This document shows, one piece after another, positions 11,250 to 22,570 of a stretch of 64,000 nucleotides of DNA; positions within the stretch are counted from its first letter, which is position 1, and every line of letters starts with the position of its first letter. Under the pieces are notes generated by a model. That model saw only the letters and a program-made list of their open reading frames with translations. It had not been told where the DNA came from and ran no database searches. The stretch comes from Phyllobates terribilis. Taxonomy: Eukaryota. The position numbers and the translations under genes were made by a program. The stretch covers positions 311,426,001 to 311,490,000 of the forward strand of contig NW_027362761.1 of NCBI RefSeq assembly GCF_046119375.1, given 5' to 3'.

Positions 11250-12878
11250 CAGTACAGACCAAAAGTTTGGACACACCTTCTCATTTAAAGATTTTTATGT
11301 ATTTTCATGACTATGAGAATTGTGCATTCACACTGAAGGCATCAAAACTATGAATTAACATATGTGGAATTATATACTTAACAAAAAAGTGTGAAACAAC
11401 TGAAAATATGTCTTATATTCTTGGTTCTTCAAAGTAGCCACTTTTTGCTTTGATGACTGCTTTGCACACTCTTGGCATTCTCTTGATGAGCTTCAAGAGG
11501 TAGTCACCGGAAATGGTCTTCCAACAATCTTGAAGGAGTTCCCAGAGATGCTTAGCACTTGTTGGCCCGTTTGCCTTCACGCTGCGGTCCAGCTCACCCC
11601 AAACCATCTTGATTGGGTTCAGGTATGGTGACTGTGGAGGCCAGGTCATCTGGAATAGCACCCCATCACTCTCCTTCTTGGTCAAATAGCCCTTACACAG
11701 CCTGGAGGTGTGTTTGGGGTCATTGTCCTGTTGAAAAATTATTGATGGTCCAACTAAACGCAAACCGGATGGAATAGCATGCCGCTGCAAGATGCTGTGG
11801 TAGCCATGCTGGTTCAGTATGCTTTCAATTTTGAATAAATCCCCAACAGTGTCACCAGCAAAGCACCCCCACACCATCACACCTCCTCCTCTATGCTTGA
11901 CGGTGGGAACCAAGCATGTAGAGTCCATCCGTTCACCTTTTCTGCGTCGCACAAAGACACGGTGGTTGGAACCAAAGATCTCAAATTTGGACTCATCAGA
12001 CCAAAGCACAGATTTCCACTGGTCTAATGTCCATTCCTTGTGTTCTTTAGCCCAAACAAGTCTCTTCTGCTTGTTGCCTGTCCTTAGCAGTGGTTTCCTA
12101 GCAGCTATTTTACCATGAAGGCCTGCTGCACAAAGTCTCCTCTTAACAGTTGTTGAAGAGATGTGTCTGCTGCTAGAACTCTGTGTGGCATTGACCTGGT
12201 CTCTAATCTGAGCTGCTGTTAACCTGCAATTTCTAAGGCTGGTGACTCGGATAAACTTATCCTCAGAAGCAGAGGTGACTCTTGGTCTTCCTTTCCTGGG
12301 GCGGTCCTCATGTGAGCCAGTTTCTTTGTAGCGCTTGATTGCTTTTGCAACTGCACTTGAGGACACTTTCAAAGCTTTCCCAATTTTTCGGACTGACTGA
12401 CCTTCATTTCTTAAAATAATGATGGCCACTCGTTTTTCTTTACTTAGCTGCTTTTTTCTTGCCATAATACAATTTCTAACAGTCTATTTAGTAGGACTAT
12501 CAGCTGTGTATCCACCAGACTTCTGCACAACACAACTGATGGTCCCAACCCCATTTATAAGGCAAGAAATCCCACTTATTAAACCTGACAGGGCACACCT
12601 GTGAAGTGAAAACCATTTCGGGTGACTATCTCTTGCAGCTCATCAAGAGAATGCCAAGAGTGTGCAAAGCAGTCATCAAAGCAAAAGGTGGCTACTTTGA
12701 AGAACCTAGAATATAAGACATATTTTCAGTTGTTTCACACTTTTTTTGTTAAGTATAATTCCACATGTGTTAATTCATAGTTCTGATGCCTTCAGTGTGA
12801 ATGTACAATTTTCATAGTCATGAAAATACAGAAAAATCTTTAACTGAGAAGGTGTGTCCAAACTTTTGGTCTGTACTG
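11250..12878 (-). mobile_element. Tc1-superfamily transposon, DD38E (Intruder-type), long TIRs
   Basis: CAGTACAGACCAAAAGTTTGG termini, TA TSD at 11248-11249 and 12879-12880. TIRs over 200 bp include the transposase C-terminal coding sequence. Confidence 0.95.
11413..12465 (-). CDS. Tc1-like transposase, 350 aa, open ORF with catalytic E changed to K
   Basis: Paired-like N-terminus, WSDESKF, QDNDPKH. SPYLNPIKMVW replaces SPDLNPIE; 38 residues between the second D and the E position. Confidence 0.9.
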   Translation of the reverse strand: MARKKQLSKEKRVAIIILRNEGQSVRKIGKALKVSSSAVAKAIKRYKETGSHEDRPRKGRPRVTSASEDKFIRVTSLRNCRLTAAQIRDQVNATQSSSSRHISSTTVKRRLCAAGLHGKIAARKPLLRTGNKQKRLVWAKEHKEWTLDQWKSVLWSDESKFEIFGSNHRVFVRRRKGERMDSTCLVPTVKHRGGGVMVWGCFAGDTVGDLFKIESILNQHGYHSILQRHAIPSGLRLVGPSIIFQQDNDPKHTSRLCKGYLTKKESDGVLFQMTWPPQSPYLNPIKMVWGELDRSVKANGPTSAKHLWELLQDCWKTISGDYLLKLIKRMPRVCKAVIKAKSGYFEEPRI

Positions 12879-12958
12879 TATATCTTTATAGATTTGAGAG
12901 CTGGATTATTCTGTCATCCAAATCGCATGGCTTCAATGGTCACAAAATGTCACTTTAA

Positions 12959-13170
12959 TCCTTTTACCCCCCAAGCCTGTTTTCACTGTCATGACCAGCC
13001 CAAATTTTACTATTCTGGCCAGTGTTACTTTATGTGGTAATAACTCTGGAAAGCTTCAATGGATCCCCCTGATTCTGAGAAACTTTTTTGTAACATATTG
13101 CACTTCATGATAGTGGTAAAATTTGTTCGATACGACTTGCGTTTATTTGTGAACAATCATAAATTTGTAG
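12959..13170. mobile_element. Probable terminus of a TTAA-type (piggyBac-like) element
   Basis: TTAA at 12955-12958 followed by TCCTTTTACCCCCC; AT-rich body appears to resume near 23620 in the same style. Confidence 0.35.
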
Positions 13171-14741
13171 TATGGGAGGAAAAGACACTACATAATAGAC
13201 TTGCACACCTCCAATATAGAAAATATAAAGAAGTTTATTAGACCAAACGAAACATAATAAAAACATTTTAAAAAAAGGACCATATATTGGCCTGCAAGAC
13301 TGTCCACCACATGGCAGGTATCAAAATAATGACACAATAATTGGACAATAAAATGAGCCCCCCAATAGCATATGAATATGACGCGCCCCTGGGCCTGCTG
13401 TGTCGCGCAGCGTCTCGCGCACGGGGGCTTACCCGGAACCGGATCAGATGAGGGTTGTAGTCTCCGAGTGGCGGGGACCCGGTCCGTGCCCAGGGAGTCA
13501 AACTCAGTGTGTGGCAGTCTTGATAGATGTTATTTGAGTGTCGACTACGCCACCCGTTGATTTGCAGCTATGGAGCTGCCGCTGCAGGGCAGACCGCTGA
13601 GGCCGGTGTAGAATTGTGCAGCGTGATAGTATAACCCCCAACGGGAGGGGTATGGCCTCAGGGCAGCCGACGTGGAAGATGGGGGTAGCAGGAACCACTC
13701 AGAGACGGTGCGGTGTAATTCAGGGTCTTTACTGGTAACAACGATAGACCCTCCCGGAGTACTTGCTAACGAACGGGGCCTGGTCAGTCCTTGAGCAGAT
13801 GGGATCTCCCCTGGCCAGGCGGAGTTGTAGGCCTCCCAAACTGACTGTACTCTTCTGGCTACCTTGCTAGAAGCGGATATAAGTAGCCCACGTCCCTGAG
13901 TGTACCGTGTGGTGCTCACCCGTATGGCCGGTGACTCGGGGCCTTCTAATGGCTTCCGCTCCACGATGGCGGTGCTGGTCCCACGCGTGTGACCGTGCCT
14001 TCGGGTTTTTGGGCCAGAGGACCTGCAATCCCCTGCCGGTCGGTTTCTGCTGCTGGGTAAGAGTTAGTCCCCACAGCCTCGGACGCCGGGTCCGGTAAGA
14101 AAGCTTCTCAGTCAGGGCGAGCTCTGCAGCTGCCAGCCCCTGACTCGTAGTAGTATTGCTCCCACTGAGCTTCTGCTGTTTCTTCCTATGACTGTTTCTT
14201 GTCTCTACTCTCCTTGACTGACTAACCCTGCCTCAGCCCCGGGTTTATACAGGGGAAGTTCTTCCCCTCCCAAGACTGGGCAGGAGGTGTGGCATGCACA
14301 GGATCCCTGACCAAAGGACCTCCCACCTGCTCTCAGACATAACATTACATTACTGTGGAAACCAGACCCCTGGGGTGCCACATTCCCCCCTAGTAAAATT
14401 TAGTACTCCGGGACTAAACACATTTTTGCAAACATACCAGAGTACAACCAAAACATTATAATAAAGAGACACATAACAATGGTCACGGCGTGTCCGCAAC
14501 CGGGTGCAGTCTTTGAGGGGAAGCAAGGTGTCCATTTCACCAAAACAGGGAGACGTAACCAGGTAGGGGTCTGTCCTACCCCGAGTCCTTAACAGTCTCT
14601 AGTCCATCCTGGGTTACGCTCCAACTAATTGTACAAGGATTTCCGGTAGATCCACCAAGGATTCCTAAAAATAACTAGAAACACAAAATTATACACAAGC
14701 AACAATACACAGGTAAACATAAATAAAACAATTTATACACT

Positions 14742-17700
14742 TTAAATCCTCCAGCGTGCGGGTAACTGGCCTCTAGTGGCTCTAGTGGACCTACGGAGCT
14801 GACTGTCTGGCCCCGAACTACAGGGTGTAGGAGCTGTCAAGGGTAAACTGGGCAGCTGTCTACGAGTTCCCTGGCTCACTAGGGATATGGCAGGCTCACT
14901 GCAAGCAGAGGATTGATCCTCCTGGTCTGCGGGTGTGGGGTCTTCTGCCTCCTGGACCGGCTGTTCTTCCAGCTCTACCCGTTGCTCCGTAGGTGCTTGG
15001 GATGACGGTTGGAGGAAGGTGAGTACGGGCACCACAACTGCAGCATTGACTTGAGTCCAAGACCGAGGGAAGTCCCCGAGCACAGTACTAACCATATCTT
15101 CCCTTTCCTCTACGGGTCGATGGTCTTCTTGTTCCTCTTCAGGGTTCTTCAGTTGTTCGGGACACTTCTTCAGGTGGTCCCGGGATACAATGGCTGTGGT
15201 TTCCCCTCCGTCTTTACTGATGGTGCAGACCTTCGGGTTCTCGTGGCTTGAGGGCAGTACGGTGTACGGGTCCTTCTCCCACTGGTCGTCCAACTTGTGG
15301 AGCCGTCTTTTCCTCTTTAAGACCTGCTCTCCGGGTACCAGGGGAACGGCGGGAGCGTACTGGTTGTAAGTTTTCTCTTGTCTTTCCCTAGCCTGACAGA
15401 GACTTCGCTCCACGCTCTCCTGTACTTTCCGGTACTGTTGCTGCCTCTCTGTGTCCCAGTCTGCTTCTGGTGAAGTGTCCTCGGGTGTCAGGACTCCCAT
15501 TTCCAGGTCAACAGGTAACTTACCAGGTCTCGCCCTCATTAGGTAAGCCGGGGTACAGTTGGTGGAACCTACCGGGATGTGGTTGTATAGGTCCACCAGA
15601 TCGGGCAACTTCTCAGGCCACAGACTGCGTTCTTCCAGGGGCAACGTTTTTAGAAGATCCATTACCACCTGGTTCATTTTTTCACAAAGTCCATTAGTTT
15701 GCGGATGGTAGGGTGTCGTCCTTATCTTCCGGCAGCCATACAGATTGCAAAATTCCTGGAAGACCTCCGCTTCAAAGGCAGGTCCCTGGTCCGTCAGCAC
15801 TTGGTCCGGGTACCCGTGTGGACGGCAGAAGTGCTGCTGGAAGGCTCTAGCTGCTGATTGAGCCGTTAAGTCCTTGACGGGGACGACAACCAAGAACCGG
15901 GAGTAATGATCCACGATGGTTAACGCGTAGACGTAGCCACTTCTGCTTGGGGTCAGTTTTACATGATCCAAGGCTACCAGTTCCAATGGTTGCCGGGTGA
16001 CGATGGACTGCAGGGGAGTCTTCTGGCTGGCACGGTCCTTCCTTCTTAGGTTGCACGGGCCACAGTCTCTGCACCACTTCTCGATGGTTCCCCTCATGCC
16101 TACCCAGTGGAACCGCTCGCGCAGCAGGAACTCCAGCTTCTTCCACCCGAAGTGTCCAGCTCCGTCGTGGTATGCCTCCATCACCATGGCTGCGTCTCTT
16201 CGTGGCACCACTACTTGCCAGAGTAATTCATGCGTCCGGGAGTTAACCATTCTGCGGCACAACTTCCCTTTGTAAAGGAACAGTCGACTCTTCTCTGCCC
16301 ATAGTTGTTTGGCTTCCTCCGGAGCGTCTGGTTCAAGGCGAGCCTCCGGCCGAGTCAGCATCTCCTTCACCAGTCGGACGGCAGGGTCGCTGTCTTGCGT
16401 TTCCGCCCAGTTGTAGTGGGGTAAGGGGTTCAACGTAGCAGCCTGCTTACTCCTTACCCGGTGGGAATACTGGATAGTCCCATGACGGTGGAACGCAGGG
16501 AGTTCAACTTCTTCCAGTCCCTCCGGATCTTCTCCTCCGTCCGGCAGGTTGGGCATCCTGGACAGGGCGTCCGCATTGGTATTGGAGCGTCCTGCCCGGT
16601 ATTTGATTGTGAACTCGTAGTTGGACAGACGGGCCATCCACCTCTGCTCCAGGGCACCGAGTCTTGCCGTGTCCAGGTGTGTCAACGGGTTGTTATCCGT
16701 GTACACGGTGAACCGGGAAGAAGCGAGGTAATGCTTAAAGCGCTCGGTGACTGCCCATACCACGGCCAGGAACTCTAGCTTAAATGAGCTGTAATTCTCG
16801 GGGTTCCTTTCGGTGGGTCGCAGTTTTCGGCTGGCGTAGGCGATTACTCGTTCTTTCCCTTGCTGAATCTGGGACAGTACGGCTCCTAGCCCGATGTTAC
16901 TGGCGTCGGTGTAGAGGATAAAGGGCTGGCTATAATCCGGGTACGCCAGGATTTCGTCCCTCGTGAGGGCCATCTTCAGCTGGCGGAAGGACTCTTCTTC
17001 CAGCTCCTCCCATTTGAAGGGCGGCTTCTGGTTCTTGGCCTTCCGGGACTGGCCTATCAGGAGGTCCTGCATAGGTGCTGCCTTTTTGGTGAAACCGGGA
17101 ATAAACCTTCGGTAGTAGCCTACCAACCCGAGGAACTGCCGCACTTCTTTTACGCTGGAGGGGCTTGGCCATTCCTTAATTGCGGTGATCTTATCAGGGT
17201 CGGGATCCACTCCGTCAGTGCTCACCACGTGTCCCAGGTACTGCACCTTTGGTTTCAGGAGGTGACACTTGGAGGGTTTCACCTTTAGGCCGTAACTCGC
17301 CAGAGCCTCGAACACTTCCGCCAGGTGTTTCAGGTGGTCCTCATACGTCTTGGAATATACGATGACATCGTCCAGGTACAACAGGACCGTCTCGAAGTTT
17401 CTGTGGCCCAGACAACACTCCATTAGTCGTTGGAAGGTTCCTGGTGCGTTGCAGAGTCCGAACGGCATGCAGGTGAACTCGCTAAGTCCCATCGGGGTGG
17501 TGAATGCGGTCTTCTCCCGGTCCGCCTCTGCTACAGGAACCTGCCAGTACCCGCTAGTGAGATCCAAGGTAGAGAAGAAGTTAGCAGATCTTAAAGCAGC
17601 CAAAGACTCCTCTATCCTTGGTAAGGGGTACGCATCCTTGTGTGTGATACGGTTGATTTTCCGGTAATCTACACACATCCTCATGGTGTTGTCTTTTTTT

Positions 17701-18878
17701 CTGACTAAGACTAGTGGAGCTGCCCAGGGGCTACAGCTATCCCTGATCACCCCAGCCTCCTTCATGTCTCTAAGCATCCCCTTGGCGTGTTGGTAGTGGG
17801 CAGGGGGTACGAGTCGATACCTCTCTTTTATAGGAGGATGGTCTCCCGTGGGGATGTGGTGTTCTACCCCCTTGACTCGCCCGAAGTCTAACGGGTGTTT
17901 ACTGAACACTCTCTCGTACTCTTGAACCACCCGATAGACTCCTTGTTTCTGGTGTGCGGGAGTGGAGTCAGTACCCAGATGTAGTTGCTGACACCAGTCC
18001 TCCATGTTTTTCTTAGAGCCGTTACCTTCCTCCGGGTGAGATGGAGGCAAGGGTTCCACAGATTGTATAGAATTTTGGTTAATGGTATATAATTTGGCTA
18101 GCGTGGCATACCGGGGCAGGTACACTTCCCTCTCCCCGATATTTATTATGCGAACGGGCACCCTCCCATGGCGTACATCAACCACCCCCCGTGCTGTCAA
18201 AATGGTGGGCCTACTGTCTGAGTAAACTGGTTCTACCATTGCCTGGTAATCCCTACCTCTCAGACCAATAGCTGCCGGGCACCAAATCATCATTTCACTT
18301 TTTGGGGGCATGGCAATAGGAAAAGGGTCACACATTCTTACGCTACCAATCTCACCGCCGGAGAGTTCCACCTGTTGCCGTCGCATCAGTGCCCGGATCT
18401 CTTTCTGGAGCACCCGCTGCTCGCCGGAGCTGGCGTTCTTGGCAACCTGCTGTAAAAGGAAAATCACCTCTGCAAGACAATTTTCAATTACATTAGTTCC
18501 TAGAGTTATTTTTGGGTGACTCTCATGTTTGTCAATATCTACAATGATCAGTCCCTGTGCTGCCAGTTCGACTCTACCGATTTTGATGGTCACCTCTTTA
18601 AATCCGATCTGTGGCACGGGCTGGCCATTGCTGGCGATGATACTCAAGTCGTCGTCAGGGTAGCGGGTAATATCCGAGTCATTCCAGTACTGCTTAAAGA
18701 GCACGTACGGGATGGTGGTGACCTGTGACCCGGTGTCCAGTAGGGCACTCATGGGAATGCCATCCAGTACCACAGGCAAGACTGGACGTCCTCCCACATA
18801 TCTGTCGCGCCAGTTCGATGGGCCTGGTGATCTTTTTCCTGGGGGTTGGCCCTCTACCCCAGGTTGTGCCCGTTTAAA
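14742..18878 (-). CDS. pol: Gypsy Pol (PR-RT-RNaseH-IN), predicted -1 frameshift fusion to Gag
   Basis: LLDTGSQ protease, YLDD RT, TDAS RNase H, HHCC plus LDH/TDQG/GLCE integrase. 1351-aa ORF with no stops; frame stays open up to the slippery site. Confidence 0.95.
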   Translation of the reverse strand, partial: FKRAQPGVEGQPPGKRSPGPSNWRDRYVGGRPVLPVVLDGIPMSALLDTGSQVTTIPYVLFKQYWNDSDITRYPDDDLSIIASNGQPVPQIGFKEVTIKIGRVELAAQGLIIVDIDKHESHPKITLGTNVIENCLAEVIFLLQQVAKNASSGEQRVLQKEIRALMRRQQVELSGGEIGSVRMCDPFPIAMPPKSEMMIWCPAAIGLRGRDYQAMVEPVYSDSRPTILTARGVVDVRHGRVPVRIINIGEREVYLPRYATLAKLYTINQNSIQSVEPLPPSHPEEGNGSKKNMEDWCQQLHLGTDSTPAHQKQGVYRVVQEYERVFSKHPLDFGRVKGVEHHIPTGDHPPIKERYRLVPPAHYQHAKGMLRDMKEAGVIRDSCSPWAAPLVLVRKKDNTMRMCVDYRKINRITHKDAYPLPRIEESLAALRSANFFSTLDLTSGYWQVPVAEADREKTAFTTPMGLSEFTCMPFGLCNAPGTFQRLMECCLGHRNFETVLLYLDDVIVYSKTYEDHLKHLAEVFEALASYGLKVKPSKCHLLKPKVQYLGHVVSTDGVDPDPDKITAIKEWPSPSSVKEVRQFLGLVGYYRRFIPGFTKKAAPMQDLLIGQSRKAKNQKPPFKWEELEEESFRQLKMALTRDEILAYPDYSQPFILYTDASNIGLGAVLSQIQQGKERVIAYASRKLRPTERNPENYSSFKLEFLAVVWAVTERFKHYLASSRFTVYTDNNPLTHLDTARLGALEQRWMARLSNYEFTIKYRAGRSNTNADALSRMPNLPDGGEDPEGLEEVELPAFHRHGTIQYSHRVRSKQAATLNPLPHYNWAETQDSDPAVRLVKEMLTRPEARLEPDAPEEAKQLWAEKSRLFLYKGKLCRRMVNSRTHELLWQVVVPRRDAAMVMEAYHDGAGHFGWKKLEFLLRERFHWVGMRGTIEKWCRDCGPCNLRRKDRASQKTPLQSIVTRQPLELVALDHVKLTPSRSGYVYALTIVDHYSRFLVVVPVKDLTAQSAARAFQQHFCRPHGYPDQVLTDQGPAFEAEVFQEFCNLYGCRKIRTTPYHPQTNGLCEKMNQVVMDLLKTLPLEERSLWPEKLPDLVDLYNHIPVGSTNCTPAYLMRARPGKLPVDLEMGVLTPEDTSPEADWDTERQQQYRKVQESVERSLCQARERQEKTYNQYAPAVPLVPGEQVLKRKRRLHKLDDQWEKDPYTVLPSSHENPKVCTISKDGGETTAIVSRDHLKKCPEQLKNPEEEQEDHRPVEEREDMVSTVLGDFPRSWTQVNAAVVVPVLTFLQPSSQAPTEQRVELEEQPVQEAEDPTPADQEDQSSACSEPAISLVSQGTRRQLPSLPLTAPTPCSSGPDSQLRRSTRATRGQLPARWRI
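18820..18878 (-). promoter_or_regulatory. -1 ribosomal frameshift signal (U UUA AAC plus H-type pseudoknot)
   Basis: Heptamer 18872-18878 in Gag phase, 8-nt spacer, stem 1 CCTGGGG/CCCCAGG, loop GGGCC pairing with downstream GGCCC. Confidence 0.8.
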
Positions 18879-19834
18879 GAACAGTACCTTGCCATATGTC
18901 CGGGTTGATTGCAGCGGCGGCAGATGGGTCGTCCGTCCTCGCTGTATCGGTCACTGGGTCTTCCTCTGGCCGGTGGGGTCCTCCTTGGTTGATGCCACGG
19001 GATGTCCTCCGGTCCGGATGCCAGCTGGATCTTCCCTGGGGTGGAAGCCTGTAAAGACTGCACAGTTCGGGTTAGCGCAGCAACGCTCTTAGCTAGCTCT
19101 TGGACCTGATGGTGTAGGTCTGGAGCCGGGTCATTGTCCAAAGCCTGCGCATCAGCTCCCGCAGGCCCTGCCGACAAAGGCGCCGCCTCCTGGTGGTAAG
19201 TGATAGCAGGGCGCCTGTGGGTCACAACGCCACCCGGTGCCGGTTCTCGGAGCACCCGGATGGCTCTGTCCTTGAACTGTGCAAAGCCCAGATGGGGATC
19301 CTGTAAGGCCATTGCTCGCAACTGGGTTCGGTGGGTATTACAATATAGTCCCTCTATAAACTGTTCGGTCAACAGCCTGTCCTCGTTTCCCACTCCATCA
19401 GGGTCGGTCTGCTTAATGGCCCTCAGGGCCTCTTGTAGGTTTAGTGCATAGTCCCTTATACTCTCATGCGCTCGCTGCTTGCACCCGTAGAACCTAAGCT
19501 TAATCTCGGCTGAGGTGCGGGTATCAAAGGTGTCCTTCAGCCGGGTTAGTATCCCTGCGACAGTCTTCCTCCCAGGTGGCCAGGATTTTACTTCCCTTTT
19601 GGCTGCCCCGGTTAGTTGGGCCACCAGGATGCTCACTTTTTGCTCTTCTGTGAGGGGGTACACCTGGAAGAGGCTATCCAGCTTTTCTCTAAAGTCATGC
19701 AGGGTATGTGACTCCCCTGAGTACTGGGGTAGCCAAGCTGCTCCCGGGATATAGGGCATGGTGAAGGGCATAACTGCAGCAGCGGTAGCGCTGGCGGGGG
19801 TTGAGGCAGTGAAGCTCTCCTCCGTATCCGACAT
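18854..19834 (-). CDS. gag: Gypsy Gag, PNMA-like capsid with CCHC knuckle, 326 aa from ATG 19834
   Basis: MSDTEES...WLPQYSG...LTGAAKREV...CRRCNQPGHMARYC. Confidence 0.9.
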   Translation of the reverse strand: MSDTEESFTASTPASATAAAVMPFTMPYIPGAAWLPQYSGESHTLHDFREKLDSLFQVYPLTEEQKVSILVAQLTGAAKREVKSWPPGRKTVAGILTRLKDTFDTRTSAEIKLRFYGCKQRAHESIRDYALNLQEALRAIKQTDPDGVGNEDRLLTEQFIEGLYCNTHRTQLRAMALQDPHLGFAQFKDRAIRVLREPAPGGVVTHRRPAITYHQEAAPLSAGPAGADAQALDNDPAPDLHHQVQELAKSVAALTRTVQSLQASTPGKIQLASGPEDIPWHQPRRTPPARGRPSDRYSEDGRPICRRCNQPGHMARYCSLNGHNLG

Positions 19835-21297
19835 CTTCCTCCCCCCTAGTGGACCGTGGCCTACCTTGCGATGATCCTCTTCCGTAGGCCGTGGCTCCGC
19901 AGTGGATGGTTGAGGACCTTCCGTCGCGCTCCTGTGACGTCGGCGTCTGCTGGGCTCCTTCCAGGACCTTACGCAACGTCCGGACGTGAGGCGGGGCTTC
20001 AGTTCTCGCGGGCTTTTCGGAGTCCAGGGAGTCAAACTCAGTGTGTGGCAGTCTTGATAGATGTTATTTGAGTGTCGACTACGCCACCCGTTGATTTGCA
20101 GCTATGGAGCTGCCGCTGCAGGGCAGACCGCTGAGGCCGGTGTAGAATTGTGCAGCGTGATAGTATAACCCCCAACGGGAGGGTTATGGCCTCAGGGCAG
20201 CCGACGTGGAAGATGGGGGTAGCAGGAACCACTCAGAGACGGTGCGGTGTAATTCAGGATCTTTACTGGTAACAACGATAGACCCTCCCGGAGTACTTGC
20301 TAGCGAACGGGGCCTGGTCAGTCCTTGAGCAGATGGGATCTCCCCTGGCCAGGCGGAGTTGTAGGCCTCCCAAACTGACTGTACTCTTCTGGCTACCTTG
20401 CTAGAAGCGGATATAAGTAGCCCACGTCCCTGAGTGTACCGTGTGGTGCTCACCCGTATGGCCGGTGACTCGGGGCCTTCTAATGGCTTCCGCTCCACGA
20501 TGGCGGTGCTGGTCCCACGCGTGTGACCGTGCCTTCGGGTTTCTGGGCCAGAGGACCTGCAATCCCCTGCCGGTCGGTTTCTGCTGCTGGGTAAGAGTTA
20601 GTCCCCACAGCCTCGGACGCCGGGTCCGGTAAGAAAGCTTCTCAGTCAGGGCGAGCTCTGCAGCTGCCAGCCCCTGACTCGTAGTAGTATTGCTCCCACT
20701 GAGCTTCTGCTGTTTCTTCCTATGACTGTTTCTTGTCTCTACTCTCCTTGACTGACTAACCCTGCCTCAGCCCCGGGTTTATACAGGGGAAGTTCTTCCC
20801 CTCCCAAGACTGGGCAGGAGGTGTGGCATGCACAGGATCCCTGACCAAAGGACCTCCCACCTGCTCTCAGACATAACATTACATTACTGTGGAAACCAGA
20901 CCCCTGGGGTGCCACAAATATAATAAATAAGTAAGGTATTACATCCAGATAGTGTGGTAACACATATTTAAGAAGATTCCCTGATGAATCTGGGTAAACA
21001 AAAACTTACATGGAATGGATGGAAAATATCACATATGCAAGGCAGTAAATTACTGTTAATAAATGAAGGAACACATTTCATAACAATAATATAAATTTGA
21101 GAAACATGTCACATTCTGTGAGCCATCCACAATAAGAAGGTTATCACAAAGAAAGGTAACTATAAAACCACATTATTGGAACAATAAATCTTACGGAATA
21201 CATGATAAGCATCCCATCAGGATAATGGGTCATTACCTAAGAATGACCTGCAATTGAATGAGGGCCTGTGTAGCGTCAGGCAGAGGACAGGACGAGA

Positions 21298-21338
21298 CCC
21301 CACGCGTATCGCTGTATCACATACGGCTTCGTCAGGGG
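21298..21338 (-). ncRNA. Degenerate PLE hammerhead motif
   Basis: Minus strand ccc-CTGACGA-a-gccgtat-gtg-atacagc-GATA-cgcg-TG-ggg; GAAA box and cleavage triplet mutated. Confidence 0.5.
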
Positions 21339-21418
21339 AATGGTGTAGTTGTGCTCATCTGGTCCGTTATACATAAGTAATTACCAATGGCAGCGTGTGC
21401 TCATGTCACCGGCGTGAC

Positions 21419-21600
21419 CCGGAATCACGTGACCAGAAATGCGTCACCGGAAATGACGTGAGTCACGCCGCATCAATGGAGAAGGTCCTGCATGATAGAA
21501 GGAATACACATCCGGAATCACGTGACCGGAAATATGTAACCGGAAGTGACACGGGTAACGCCGCATCAACAGAGAAGGTCCTGGATGATAGAAGGAATGC
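21419..21600. repeat. Two-copy ~93-bp tandem duplication rich in CACGTG, CCGGAA and TGACG motifs
   Basis: CCGGAATCACGTGACC at 21419 and 21512, both followed by GCCGCATCAA..GAGAAGGTCCTG.ATGATAGAAGGAAT. Confidence 0.75.
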
Positions 21601-22570
21601 ACAGTCAATAATGATGATTCAAAGAAGCCGTTACCAAGGCAACAATACATAATACAATGCGGATGAATGATAGTATGTCAAGGTAACATAAAAACGCACA
21701 CATAGAGACAGAACCAGGCACATATCCATTGTGGTTACACATGAAGTAATCCATAACTGTTAATAACCAGTGTGTGTGTAAAACACTGGAAACCCCTCAT
21801 CGTCAAAGCTGGACACATGAAGCGAGGAAGAGCATCCCCGCAACATGCGGTCAAGGTTGACAAGGAGGGGATGGCGTTGTTAGGGGGTAAGAGCCAGGAT
21901 GTGTGACATCCTGCAATCCCCCTTATATGTGGCAACATATAGGTCTCAGGATCAAAGGACCATTTAAACAGTAGCATCATACATACATAGTCCAATAAAT
22001 GTATAAAATAATATAATTCAGGAAATCATGATTGCATCATTGGTCAACCTAAAATAGTCCCAGTCCATAAGTTATATATACAGGGAGAAAAAGAATTATT
22101 AAGAATGTAGAATAATCATATATTTGTCCAGAACACACATGTAACAGTTACAAATCATGATCCTCATATATAAGAGAGATGAGGCGGGCACAATCATCAA
22201 GAAGCCAAATTGTCCATGGCATTTCAAATATATGATATATGGATTCCTATTCAGATATCCTGTAGAGCTTCTGGTATATTGTAGAGCTGAGGAGACGTCG
22301 TGCAGGAGAAAAATATTTTTCCCCTGACAATAAATTTCTGATTCAATCAGATCACATATGATAATCAAGAAGATGCAACGAGTAAATAGACAGGCTGTAT
22401 ATCATGGAGCTATCTCGAAGTAGATGTTCCAGATATCCAAGAAAAGAGGGCTCAAAAAGTTCCTCAAGGCATCCTACTCAGGCGATGTATAGTATCCTCA
22501 AAAGATCCCTGACAAAAAATGAATGAAGAGGAGTTAGGTGGATATTTATGATAACTAAAAATAATATCAA

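Larger units (their letters stand above)
13379..20916 (-). mobile_element. Ty3/Gypsy retrotransposon with intact gag and pol; 5' LTR U5 end and PBS deleted
   Basis: TSD AATA at 13375-13378 and 20917-20920. 3' LTR 13379-14382, PPT 14383-14391. 5' LTR homology covers only 20024-20916; no tRNA PBS between it and gag. Confidence 0.95.

Noticed and set aside
14742-18797. Gmr1-type element
   Set aside because: Domain order is PR-RT-RH-IN, not IN before RT.
20974-20991. CTGATGA inside AGATTC...GAATCT, a possible fifth hammerhead
   Set aside because: No stem II followed by GAAA and no cleavage triplet.
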